From: Felis catus
Taxonomy: Eukaryota
Length of the DNA: 64,000 nt
Direction of reading: 5' to 3'
Assembly: GCF_018350175.1 (NCBI RefSeq)
Contig: NC_058368.1
Coordinates: 172,300,001 to 172,364,000, forward strand
Shown: one piece after another, positions 53,188 through 64,000 of the stretch
How positions within the stretch are numbered: the first letter of the stretch is position 1
How the letters are laid out: every line of letters begins with the position of its first letter
Translations under genes and position numbers: made by a program
Notes under the pieces: model-generated
Told to the model about the DNA's origin: nothing
The model's database searches: none
The model's input: the letters and a program-made list of their open reading frames with translations, nothing else

Positions 53188-53562
53188 TCAGCCACAAAAA
53201 AAGAATGAAATCTTGCCATTTGCAACAGCATGGATGATCTAGAGAGTATAATGCTAAGTGAGATAAGTCAGAGACAAATACAGTATGATCTCACTCATGT
53301 GTGGAACTGAAGGAACAAAACAAGCAAAAGGAAAAATGAGGGGAGACAAACCAAGAAACCAACACTTAACTATAGAGAACAAACTGGTGGTTACCAGAGG
53401 GGAGGTGGGTGGGGGGATGGGTAAAAGAGGTGACAGGGTTTAAAGAGTGCACTTGTCAAGATGAGCACTGGGTGAGGTATGGAATTGTTGAATCAGCATA
53501 TCGTACACCAGCAACTAAACACTGTATGTTAACTATGCTGGAATTAAAATAAAAAACTTAAA
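51791..53562 (+). mobile_element. 5'-truncated, decayed carnivore L1 (ORF2 3' part and 3' UTR) with nested SINE and (CA)n
   Basis: ORF2 peptides PIAFFTELEQTIPRFIW..AKAILKK..GGLTIPDFKIYYK and [15 protein letters not shown]; stops and frameshifts; TSD agatttgtaagat at 51778-51790 and 53563-53575. Confidence 0.97.
52793..52989 (+). mobile_element. CanSINE inserted in L1 ORF2
   Basis: Degenerate TSD agaattac..ta. Confidence 0.93.
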
Positions 53563-55130
53563 AGATTTGTAAGATACACTCTCTGACTTACAGGACATAT
53601 GGTTGAGTGGTTTTTTTTTCTTTTTATTGTAGCACCACAACTAGATGTCACCTATTACATTTAGTAGGCTCTTGTAGCACATATTTTGACATTAACAGAG
53701 GGATAAATTAGGGCAAGGAATGTGGTGACAAAGCTGTGGCTGTAAAGAGTGAAGTGTTAAGCCCTCAACAGTACAACAGGACATTTTTCTGCCCAGACAA
53801 GTGACTCTGACCAGGAACTAGAGGGCATCTAAATATACCTTTCCATAATTTGTCCATATCCTCCCTTCCTGCTCCCCAATTCTCCCTCTTAAATATTCAT
53901 CCAGCACCTATTGGCACTTGGTGCTCTGTTAAATCCGGGTGGGAGTAGTTTAGAAAACGCGTATGAAGCCCTCATCATAAACTTCTATTTTAGTCTGGAA
54001 TGCAAGGAATATAATAAGACTAACACACACCCCCACTCAACACACACATAAAATCTACACTGACTATGAGCCAGCCAGTGTATCTGATGAATGTATGTCC
54101 CTAGACTCAATGTGGCTGGGATTCAGAAGGAGATTGGCAAGTAGGAAGACAAGTGTGGTGAGGAATCCGAAGGTGGAATTTGCAGAGGTGAAAGCAAACA
54201 GGATGTGTGGGGGCACAGGAACATAAATACACAGGCAAAAAGAAAGATCTGACCTGAGTGAACACAGTAAGGAGGAGAAACCAAGGTTTACTGGTACTAC
54301 GGAAGTTCCATAAAGGACGAAATTAATCTCCAGTGAACATAGAGCTATAGGAACAATAATTTAGCACAGACCATAGGATAGGGATGTGTTCATTTTAATC
54401 TACCCCTTAGGCACCAGGATCCACCCCAACCAGGCACACATACTCCCAATATTCCAGAAATGTGCGGCTAGCGTTGGCAAGCTAGCCTCACACCAGAGGC
54501 AGCTACTTCACCTCTCTCCAGACCCTGAAGCCTTTGTAAATTAGCTCAGTGGAGGTCAGAAAACATTTCTCATTGGTGAAAGTAGTGGTGTTTGAGAGAT
54601 GTAGGTGGACTAGAAGTGTGGTAAGGCACTCTACCCAAGGACAGACAAGATAGGGGAATCTAACAAGCCCAACCTTACCCTGTGTAATGGTGCCCACCTC
54701 TAGATTCACGAACAATCCTGCATATAGCCACTGGCTTGGAGGCTTCTCATCATCAGATCCTGACTAGGTTGGCAGAATTTTGCCCCCAGAAATGTCACAT
54801 TTGCTTCACAGTAACTTCTCACATACGGTATTGACAGGACATCTGAAAGTTGAGAGAACAGGCTCAGTGGCTGTTTCATGCCTACTTAGTTAGCCAATCA
54901 GCGTCTGCATATGCAGCAGGGTGGATAGGAGTCCAGTCTCACACTGGGAACATGACAGAAGAGTAAGACTTCTATCCCTCATCTACCTTGACTGCTGAAG
55001 GTTAGTGATGGCCACCCCAAACCCCACTCAATCAAACATAACCAAACTAGCTGAGAGGTCAGTTTGCAGCACACGTGAATGAAGACGTTTTATTAGAAAC
55101 TAACAAATCATAAAAACTAACATTTTTTAA

Positions 55131-55309
55131 AGTTTATTTACTTATTTTGAGAGAGAGAGCAGGCAAAGGAGAGAAGGGAGAGAATCCCAAGTAGGCTCTA
55201 CACTGCTATTATAGAGCCCGACGCAGGGCTTGAACTCACAATCTGTGAGATCGTGACCTGAGCCGAAATCGAGTTAAATCCTTAACTGAATGAGACACCG
55301 AGGTACCCC
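55131..55309 (-). mobile_element. CanSINE
   Basis: TSD taaaa..taacattttttaa. Confidence 0.92.
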
Positions 55310-55566
55310 TAAAAGTTAACATTTTTTAAATCATGAAAAATGAGAGTAGTTATGTGTGACACATGCCTGAAAAATGGATACTGCAAACTAAAATGGATTT
55401 TCCTTAAAATCAGAACCTAAACATGAAAAATAAAACGCTCTAAATTTTAAACTCATTCATGGTTTCTCCAAGAGAACGTCCCTAAATGCTGTAAGATTCC
55501 AAATGATTCCAAGAAGAATACTTATTTGCAGTTTAGTATAGTGCATTTTGCTAACATCTGACATTT

Positions 55567-55776
55567 TATTTTAATGTTTGTTTATCTTTAAGAGACAGAC
55601 ACAGACTGCGAGCAAGAGAGGAGGGGCAGAGAGAGGGAGACACAGAATCTGATGCAGGCTCCAGGCTCTGAGCTGTCAGCATAGAGCCCGATGTGGGGCT
55701 CGAACTCACAGAAGCCATGATATCATGACCTGAGCTGAAGTCGTCCACTCAACTGACTGAGCCACCAAGGAACCCC
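55567..55776 (-). mobile_element. CanSINE
   Basis: TSD ttgctaacatctgRcattt. Confidence 0.95.
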
Positions 55777-55811
55777 TTGCTAACATCTGGCATTTAAAAA
55801 CCAGTGGGTCA

Positions 55812-56027
55812 GGGCACCTGGGTGGCTCGTCAGTTAAGCATCCAACTTCGGCTCAGGTCATGATCTTGCAGTGAGTCAGAGCCCCACATTGGGCTCTGTG
55901 CTAACAGCTCAGAGCCTGGAGCCTGCTTCAGATTCTGTGTCTCCTCCTCTCTCTGCCCCTCTCATGCTCATGCTCTGTCTCTGTCTCTCAATGATAAATA
56001 AACATTAAAAAAAATTAAAAATAAAAT
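55812..56027 (+). mobile_element. CanSINE
   Basis: TSD taaaaRccagtgggt. Confidence 0.95.
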
Positions 56028-57027
56028 TAAAAGCCAGTGGGTATTTGATAACACTCTACTAGATCTCTCAATAAGAATACATCAGCAAATAAAATTATGT
56101 TGGTACATAAATTATATACATAACCAATCTTTACCAATTCATTATACACACACACACACACGTATTTATATTTATATGGCCGGGGGCGGGGGGACTAACA
56201 ATACATACATATCCAGTGCTAAAAGGCAGGAAAAGCCAGACCCCTCTCTTTGCCGAGCAGCATGGTACACATTTCCTTCTCACTAAAGTTAAATCCCTAG
56301 ATATTTTCAGCATGAATGTTGGTTGCTGACAGCCACAATCAGACAGAGCTCTATGACCTGACTCCTCCACAGGGAAGGCCAGAGACAAGCCTTCATACCA
56401 TTCTTGGAAAGTACTTTGACTGCCTCATCTTTTAGCCTCATCTTTTAAAACCAAAAGAATCCCACACCGCAGACAGCTTTGCTGTGTTTGCTTGCAGTTG
56501 TTATACTTACACAACAAAATGTAAGCCTCAAAATATAACCATCTTTTTTTTTTTTTCTTAACTTTGCCAATATTCAAACACAAAATCTCTACCGGTTCGG
56601 GAAACATTTATCACCACCTGCAATTTCATTCTCAATTCCCAGCCCCTTACTCTGAAAAACTGTTCCTACTGGTCATGCACCAACACACACTGAATGCCAA
56701 GGCACAGAATCCCAGGCACAGAGCACAAAACTGGACAGAATGCAGTTCCTGCCTGCATGGCGCTGGGAGGGAGACCTTCTCATACTCTCCAGATTGCACA
56801 GTTTCTACTGTGTCAGTCTACTCTGTTGCTTCAAGAAAAAGCAAAAACAAAACCCACCTTGCTCCAAAGCTTTACCCTCCTCCTTGCTGCTGCTTCCCTT
56901 TCCCGCTCAATTCTGGTTTCTCTTTACCTTTGATTTACACTAATCTTTTTCATCTTTAATTCCTCCCACTCTTCTGTTTGTCGTGTTCCTTCTTCCTTCT
57001 GAAGTGTACTTGTTTTTCTGCATTTTA

Positions 57028-57230
57028 TTTTTAATTTTTTTAAATGTTTGACAGACAGAGAGAGAGCACGAGCAGCGAGGGGCAGACAGAGGAAGACACA
57101 GAATCTGAAGCAGGCTCTAGGCTCTGAGTTGTCAGCACAGAGCTCGATGTTGGGCTCGAACCCACGAACGAGGAGATCATGCCCTGAGCTGAAGTCGGAC
57201 ACTTAACCAACTGAGCCACCCAAGAGTCCC
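57028..57230 (-). mobile_element. CanSINE
   Basis: TSD gtttttctgcatttta. Confidence 0.95.
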
Positions 57231-58779
57231 AAGTTTTTCTGCATTTTAGAATTGTACTCCGCAAGTCTTGTTTTCCAGTGAAAAGGTTCCTTGACCTGTA
57301 TTTTAGAATAACCTAACCAAAATTGTTTTCTGTAAGATTGCAGTAACTGATTGCTGCTCTCGTGTGCCGTGTCATCACTATTCCTATTTGCCACTTTATC
57401 CTGGGGTCTCTGTTCCTTACTGACCACCCCACACCTCCCTAATCTTCTGCTGAGGAAGCAAACTCATGGAACTAGGAATAAATATGCAAAAAATCAGAGT
57501 CCTTGGGAGCTAGGGTTTAGCTAGTTGTTAAGATAGGCCATGAGGCATTCAAATAGTCAACAGATTGTGAGCATGGCCCTAAGAGTTACACAGTGCCACG
57601 GAGGCTCGGAAGGGACAATGAACAAAATCTGTTAAATCTCATTCCAGAAGCCGTGTGACAAGTAAAGCATGATGGCCACAATATCCATAGCTTTTCAGAA
57701 ATGCTCATAACCACCATAACCCTTCAGGCAGTGCACAGCAAGCAGGGTCCTAACAGAAAGATGTAGTCATAAGGAGAACACTAATGTCAACTGAAGCACG
57801 TGCAGACCCTTAACGAAGGAGGCCAGTCTAGCTACACCAACAGGCTGCCCATGGTGTTGATGGTCTTGTCAAAGGGTGTCTGGTAAGAGAGAGAGGCAGG
57901 CTGAAGGTCCTTCCCAGTGCACAGAGAGAGGGTGGCTGGCAACAGTTACCAGGCTTACACGTTTCAGAAGCCGCTGGACAAAAAAAGTAAGGTCAATTTC
58001 TAATTCCAGACACGTGCTGTCTTTCACACACACTCACAGTGGACCGGCCACTTCCTTTTGTTACCCTTGTCACTCAGTATTCTGCATTTCCCTCCCCAGA
58101 AGCTACTCTGTCCGGAAGAGGGCACACCAGCTAATCCCCAAGTCCTGCTGAGCACTAAAGCGTTTCCCCACAGGGTGCATCATTCATTTGCTTGCCACTT
58201 CCTAAATCCTCCTCAGGCACAAGACACAGCACAAGAGGACTCAGGCAGCCAAGTCAGAATTTGTTGGATTGGCAATTTTTGCAGAGGTATTGTCTCTCTG
58301 CGTCTCTCCTCCCACCCTGTCTCCATATTCTAGACTTTGAATACAAGGCCATGCACCATGGTGTGAATGCACAAAGGCTCAAAGCCACACACCAAGCAGC
58401 TCTGAAAAGTGCCCTGGGTTGTGGCCAAGGCCTGACATGCCCCCTGTTCATTCCCTTGAGCCTGCTTTCAAAGCCCACAAAAGGCACCGGTGTGGAGGAT
58501 GGGTAGACACCACCCCATGCTCAATCCTGTGTGCTCATGGGTCCCTTCTTGTCAGCCACACCCACAGATCTTTCCATTCAACCCATGGCCATAAACTGAG
58601 GCCACCTTGCATGTTCATGTTGCTCTCTTATGCTGGGTTCAGTGGATGCAACGTTGAATCCCTGAGAAGCTTTCAGTCCAAGTGGAGAATCTCAAAAGTA
58701 AACACTTAAAATACAAGGTGACATGTGCTAGGATAAAGACACACATGAGATCCAGTAGCAAGCCAGGTCTGTACCTTGA

Positions 58780-59360
58780 CTCCTCCCACTTTGTCAGTCC
58801 CTCGACCTGTGTTATCAACTCCAGCCCCTAAATTCTGAGGAATTTCTACGTCCCCACTCAACACTCACTCAGTTCATCAGCCTCTCCCTCCAGGATCACT
58901 TCAGTCTGCTGACAGTTCTTTCTGCTTCTGTTCTCACCTCCACATGGCAGCCAGGCACATCTTTCAGACCTCTACTTCAATGCAGTGCCCTGCCCCCAAT
59001 CCTTAAAAATATCAGTCAGTGGTTCCTCATTACCATCAGGATAAAGTCCATAGCACAATGCCATGTAATAAACCCCTCTTGCCTTTCCACATCCCCCTGG
59101 CATCTGGTTTAGCCATACTGAAACACCAGTGGTACTCCCCAATCACCATGCTCAACACCGCCCCTGTGACTTGGCACACAAACCCTTCCCAGCACACAAT
59201 CCCCACCTCCCCTCACATCCACACCCTTTACTTGGCTAGCTGCACCCAGGCTTTTGAAGTTTGAGTTTGGATATTTCCTCTGTGCTGCTCCTTTAAGCTC
59301 CTGGTATAAAACCTATACCTGTATCACAAATGCTTGGTAGCATAACTCTTTCCTCTATCA
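58780..59360. mobile_element. L2 fragments
   Basis: ctccacatggcagccag...cagtggttcctcattaccatcaggataaagtcca, L2-like. Confidence 0.55.
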
Positions 59361-59484
59361 GATGTCAGGCAACCCAAGGGGACTAGAACAGAACCTCCCA
59401 TGGTCTCTTGATATCTGTTACAAGTAAAAAAAAAATCACAGACCAGGAACTAGGACTTGGTTGCCTTTGTATCTTTGTCCTTAG

Positions 59485-59703
59485 ATTTTGGTTTTTTTAA
59501 TGTTTTTATTTATTTTTGAGACAGAGAGAGACAGAGCATGAGCAGGGGAGGGGCAGAGAGAGAGGGAGACACAGAATACGAAGCAGGCTCCAGGCTCTGA
59601 GCAGTCAGCAAGCACAGAGCCCGATGCAGGGCTCGAACTCACAGACTGTGAGATCATGACCTGAGCTGAAATCGCTTAACCAACTGAGCCACCCAGGCGC
59701 CCC
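59485..59703 (-). mobile_element. Feline SINEC
   Basis: TSD atctttgtccttag at 59471-59484 and 59707-59720. Confidence 0.96.
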
Positions 59704-60323
59704 AGCATCTTTGTCCTTAGCATAGTGCCTGACAGAAGCAGGTGACCATTTATGGAATGGACAAACTCTGTCTGGAGACTTCAGTGGAAGGCTGTAAACA
59801 GGAAGAGATCGTCTGAGTCTTGAAAGAAAGAAAATGGTTCACCCAAGGTTTGGGAAGACCCAGTTATGATTATGGTTTTGGTGGCTGTCATTCTAGGAGA
59901 TCCTCATATTAAAACAAAGGCAAAGCCTAACTTCCCATTAACCTTGTGCTCCCACATCAATCATGGCTGCCAGAAATGGGCCCTGTCTTCCCCAGTACAA
60001 GACAAAGCACTTCATTTTGGTACACCCTAAAAGATGACTAAGCTGAATTACTAGACTAATTTTTATTCGTACAACTGACCTGTGGACAACTATAACTCAA
60101 CGACTGTAACTCAAATGATAGAGCTGGTTTGTTACATTATTACTTATGTTCAGAGGTAAGAATATAGTGTGAAATGCATCACAAATATTCTTACATCAAA
60201 TGAGATGTTACTAAAATCAACTCAAAGCAACAAATAAATGGATACCTTTAAGCTTAAGCCTCACCAAACCTCTGGCCATATTCAAAAATCTTTCCTGTGC
60301 CCTGCGGACAATACATATCCTCA

Positions 60324-60514
60324 GATTTTTTTTTTTTAACATTTATTTATTTATTGGGTGGGGAGGGGCAGAGCGACAGAGAAAGCGAATCCCAAGCAGG
60401 CTCCATCCTGTCAGCACAGAGCCCAATGTGGGGCTTGAAACCACAAACCATGAAATCATGACCTGAACTGAAATTAAGTCACATGCTCAAGTGACTGAGC
60501 CACCCAGACACCCC
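60324..60514 (-). mobile_element. CanSINE
   Basis: Reverse-complement SINE; flanking atcctca duplicated. Confidence 0.92.
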
Positions 60515-61045
60515 AATCCTCACATTTTTAGTAAGAGATCAAAACTTTCTTCATTAATTACCTGAATATTTTTGGACACTAAGTACCAGCACTTCCATTC
60601 TCCCCCCCCACCCCCCCCCACCCCCACAACAAAGAAATAAATGAAATAAAACCAAAAACAATAGAATGCCTGCTGGGCCCAAGACAGGTGGCCAGCATTA
60701 CAAATCAATTTAAAAGTAAGACTAAGCTTTCACACAGGCTATTTTTTTCTTTAGAATAAAACATCAAGTATTTTATACATAATTCAGTTAGAACTTGACT
60801 TATACTCCTACCAAATTCTCTCCCTCCACTATCATATTGCCTCAATTACTTAACTATAGGCTAAACAGAAACCATAGTTTAGTCATTTGACAAACACTTA
60901 CTAAATGCGTAAAATAGGCTAGGTAGGGGCTAGAATAACCACACTCCTCTCTCAAAGTAGCCACCGATTTCTTTGTTGTTCAGTCAAAACTGTTACTTTT
61001 CAGTCATACCTTGTTTGGTAACAAGCCTCTCTCCTTCCTCTATTC

Positions 61046-61267
61046 CAGGGGTCAGGAAACTACAGCCCATAAGCAAGATCTGGCCTGCTGCCTATTTTTA
61101 TAAATAAACTTTTATTGGAACACAGCCATGCCCATTCACTGACACGGAGAGGATGTGCTTTTGCTGTTTTAAGGGCAAAGTTAAGTAGTTGTGACAGAGG
61201 GCATATGGCCCACAACACCTCTAATATTTTCCAACTGGCCCTTACAGAAAAAGTTTGTCAAGCCCTG
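61046..61267 (+). mobile_element. MER58A-like hAT-Charlie MITE
   Basis: TIRs caggggtcaggaaact ... agtttgtcaagccctg; internal ttttattggaacacagccatgcccattc. Confidence 0.88.
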
Positions 61268-61638
61268 CTGTATCTATTATAACTTTTCCTTTTTGTTTCC
61301 TCCCTACCTTAGTGACTGTGTCTTCACAGGCTTTTGTCATTCTGTGGCCCAGTGAAAGTGTAAGCTGGTGTCCCCAGGATCTGTCCGTCTTTCCACCTGA
61401 CACATTCTCCCTCCATCCCTCCATCATAGTTCCCACAGCACCCAAACATCCCTCCATCACAAACCTGGAGGGTAATTCTCCGTGAGACTGTCTTCCCCAG
61501 CAGACTAGGCTCCTTGAGGACGGGGCCCATGTGTTACAGCCATAATTCAGCATACTACAAGGCACACAGTAGCCATTCAAAAAATGTCAACGAGACAGAC
61601 AAGTGTTTACAAGGATAAATATATTTAAAAGCTCTGAA

Positions 61639-61789
61639 GGGGTACCTGGGTGGCTCAGTTGGTTGGACATCCCACTCTTGATTTCAGCTCAGGTCACGAT
61701 CTCACGATTTGTGAAATCAAGCCCCACATCAGGCTCTGTGCTCACCCTGCAGAGCCTGCTTGGGATTCTCCCTTCCTCTCTCCCTCCCT

Positions 61790-61830
<41 letters not shown>

Positions 61831-61882
61831 CTCCCCTACTCTCTCTCTCTCTCTCTCTCTCTCAAAATCAATAAGAAAAAAT
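61639..61882 (+). mobile_element. CanSINE with long CT tracts
   Basis: SINE head; TSD aagc(c)tctgaa. Confidence 0.94.
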
Positions 61883-62029
61883 AAGCCTCTGAAAAAAATT
61901 CAGCCATAGTCCCCCGGGAAAAACACAATAGTTGTTCAATTCACAAAATTTTTATTCTTTTGTGTTATCAGTTCTGATGTGTCTATAGACAACACAGGTG
62001 GGTGACAAAGTGGAACCCCTACTAGAAGG

Positions 62030-62235
62030 TTTCTCTTTGAGATAAGGGTTGAAAGCCTACGTTTGCCATCTACTAGCTGTAGAATTTCAGTTAAGGTGTC
62101 CACCCTCGGACCTTCAGTTGCCTCATCCAAAAAATGAAGATAATTAGATAGTAGGTGGTTGTGAAACCAAGAATATGTGTCAAATGCCCACCACCTTGTC
62201 AAGCAATTTCAGTGCTTAATCAACAGGGGCTATTA
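62030..62235 (+). mobile_element. MIR
   Basis: ctactagctgt...ccttcagttgcctcatccaaaaaatgaagataat. Confidence 0.6.
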
Positions 62236-62496
62236 TTTTTATGGACAAGTTCTTCTGCTTTAAGGCTCCAAGTACACTGGCAATGAACATGGCTAGAATT
62301 ATCGTTATCTGTGTGTCCCAGCAGCACACTTCAGCTTTTCATAGCAGGAGCCCAGGTTCAGGTGGTTGGTTCATATTTAACATATGACAAGCATTTGGGT
62401 CTTAGAGCAATAAAATAAAATAAAACCTCCAACTATAGGAGCAGAGCCTTTCACTCTCTTCCATAAAGCTTCATCAGGTACCAAACATCAGTGCTG

Positions 62497-62691
62497 GGGG
62501 TACTTGGGCGGCTCAGTCCGTTAAGCATCTGACTCTGAATTTCAGCTCAGGTCATGATCTCATTGTTCGTGAGTTCAAGCCCCACGTCGGGTACTGGGTT
62601 GGCAGTGCAAAGCCTGCTTATGATTCTCTCTCCCTCTCTGCTCCTCCCCTGCTCACTCGCTCTCTCAAAATAAATAAACTTTAAAAAAAAT
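62497..62691 (+). mobile_element. CanSINE
   Basis: SINE head and tail; flanking agtgctg duplicated. Confidence 0.94.
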
Positions 62692-62703
62692 AGTGCTGAT
62701 ACA

Positions 62704-62920
62704 GGGTGCCTGGGTGGCTCAGCCGGTTAAGTGTCTGGCTTCACCTCAGGTCACGATCTTGTGGTTCTTGGGTTCAATCCCCCCGCATTGGGCTCTGTGC
62801 TGACAGCTCAAGGCCTGGAGCCTGCTTCGGATTCTGTGTCTCCTTCTCTGATCCTCCCCTGCTCATGCTCTGTCTCTCTCTCTCGCTCTCAAAAATAAAT
62901 AAAAATTTAAAAAAATTTTT
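62704..62920 (+). mobile_element. CanSINE, tandem to the previous copy
   Basis: SINE head about 12 bp after the preceding tail. Confidence 0.94.
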
Positions 62921-63046
62921 AAGATTGCTCATGCTAAATGGAATCAACAAAATATTCTGTAAATTGTCTTTTCCAGATAGGTTTTACCATTATGTTTTTT
63001 TTTTTAGCTATAATACGTGCCTTGGAATTCAAGCTGCCAATTTTTT

Positions 63047-63279
63047 ATAAGATATCTTTTTTTTTAAATTTTTTTTAACGTTTATTTATTTTTGAGACAG
63101 AGAGAGACAGAGCATGAACGGGGGAGGGGCAGAGAGAGAGGGAGACACAGAATCTGTAACAGGCTCCAGGCTCTGAGCTGTCAGCACAGAGCCCGACGCG
63201 GGGCTCGAACTCACGGAACGTGAGATCGTGACCTGAGCCGAAGTCGGCCGCTTAACCGACTGAGCCACCCAGGCGCCCC
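63047..63279 (-). mobile_element. Young feline SINEC
   Basis: CpG-rich, near consensus; perfect 17-bp TSD tcaagctgccaattttt at 63029-63045 and 63280-63296. Confidence 0.98.
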
Positions 63280-64000
63280 TCAAGCTGCCAATTTTTAAAA
63301 GTAGGTATTTAGGTATTCAAAAGGACAATTTTAAGTGAATTTTTAACACTTATTTTTAAGTTAAATATTTTTAACATTTATTGTCAAGATACTTTTTCTA
63401 AATCAATGAATATATGTGAAACTTCATCTTTTTTAAGGTAAAGGCTGTCATACGGGCATTGGGACAGACATACATGGGACAGACACATCAAAATAAGAAG
63501 AGGGAGTAATACTAACAAATGCACCAAAAGGGGAACACACAGATATCCCACAAGCATATTAAGACATTTGGAGAGGCTGGGAATTAAGGAGAAGGGTGGA
63601 GTCTTAAGCTAATCAGGGGAAAAGCTCTGCCCTCCACCTCTACCCCTAAACTGAGGCTCTGGTTCCATCATGTGACTATGATGGATGGCCACAGCACTGT
63701 CATTTATCTTCCAGAGTGAAACCGGAGAATCCAGGCAGAGCTCACTGAGCATTGCTCATGGAAGTATTAGCCTATCTATTCCCAGGAGACAGGAGAAACA
63801 CTGAAAGGTCAAAAAGGACATGTGCACTATGTGCGCACCATGCCCAAACATCTCACTCTTCTTGCAACAGAGCACATTTCTGGGAGCCAGGGAAGTATGC
63901 AGTAGATATGCAAAACCTAATTCTTCAGTATTTTTATTTTCTGCAGCTTGATCTATTCTCTATTGACCAGACTTCACAAATGGCTTAGCTTAGAAAGGAA

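Noticed and set aside
1431..63279. SINE heads as tRNA genes, and recurrent MAQSVK.../SVSPSLSAPP ORFs as a protein family
   Set aside because: All derive from tRNA-derived CanSINE sequence.

Overview
Non-coding, repeat-rich mammalian DNA from a cat-family (Felidae) genome, identified by about 31 tRNA-derived carnivore SINEs with feline-type diagnostic sequence. The window holds a decayed RPL39 processed pseudogene at the left end, two 5'-truncated L1 copies (each carrying a nested SINE), an MLT1 solo LTR, hAT/MER DNA-transposon relics and older MIR/L2/CR1/L1M fragments. I recognise no intact protein-coding exon; almost all ORFs in the track are repeat-derived or chance. It most likely lies in a large intron, possibly of a minus-strand gene (inference). 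I found no convincing novel biological system. The best leads are a micro-inversion that flipped a SINE target-site duplication (about 50.25 kb), a candidate ETS-IRF/RUNX/ARE enhancer (about 44.7-45.1 kb) next to a candidate minus-strand exon (43765-43907), a 72-nt nested inverted repeat (about 27 kb) and closely spaced inverted SINE pairs. Repeat family names come from my recollection of consensus sequences, not from a database search, and boundaries of old repeats are approximate.
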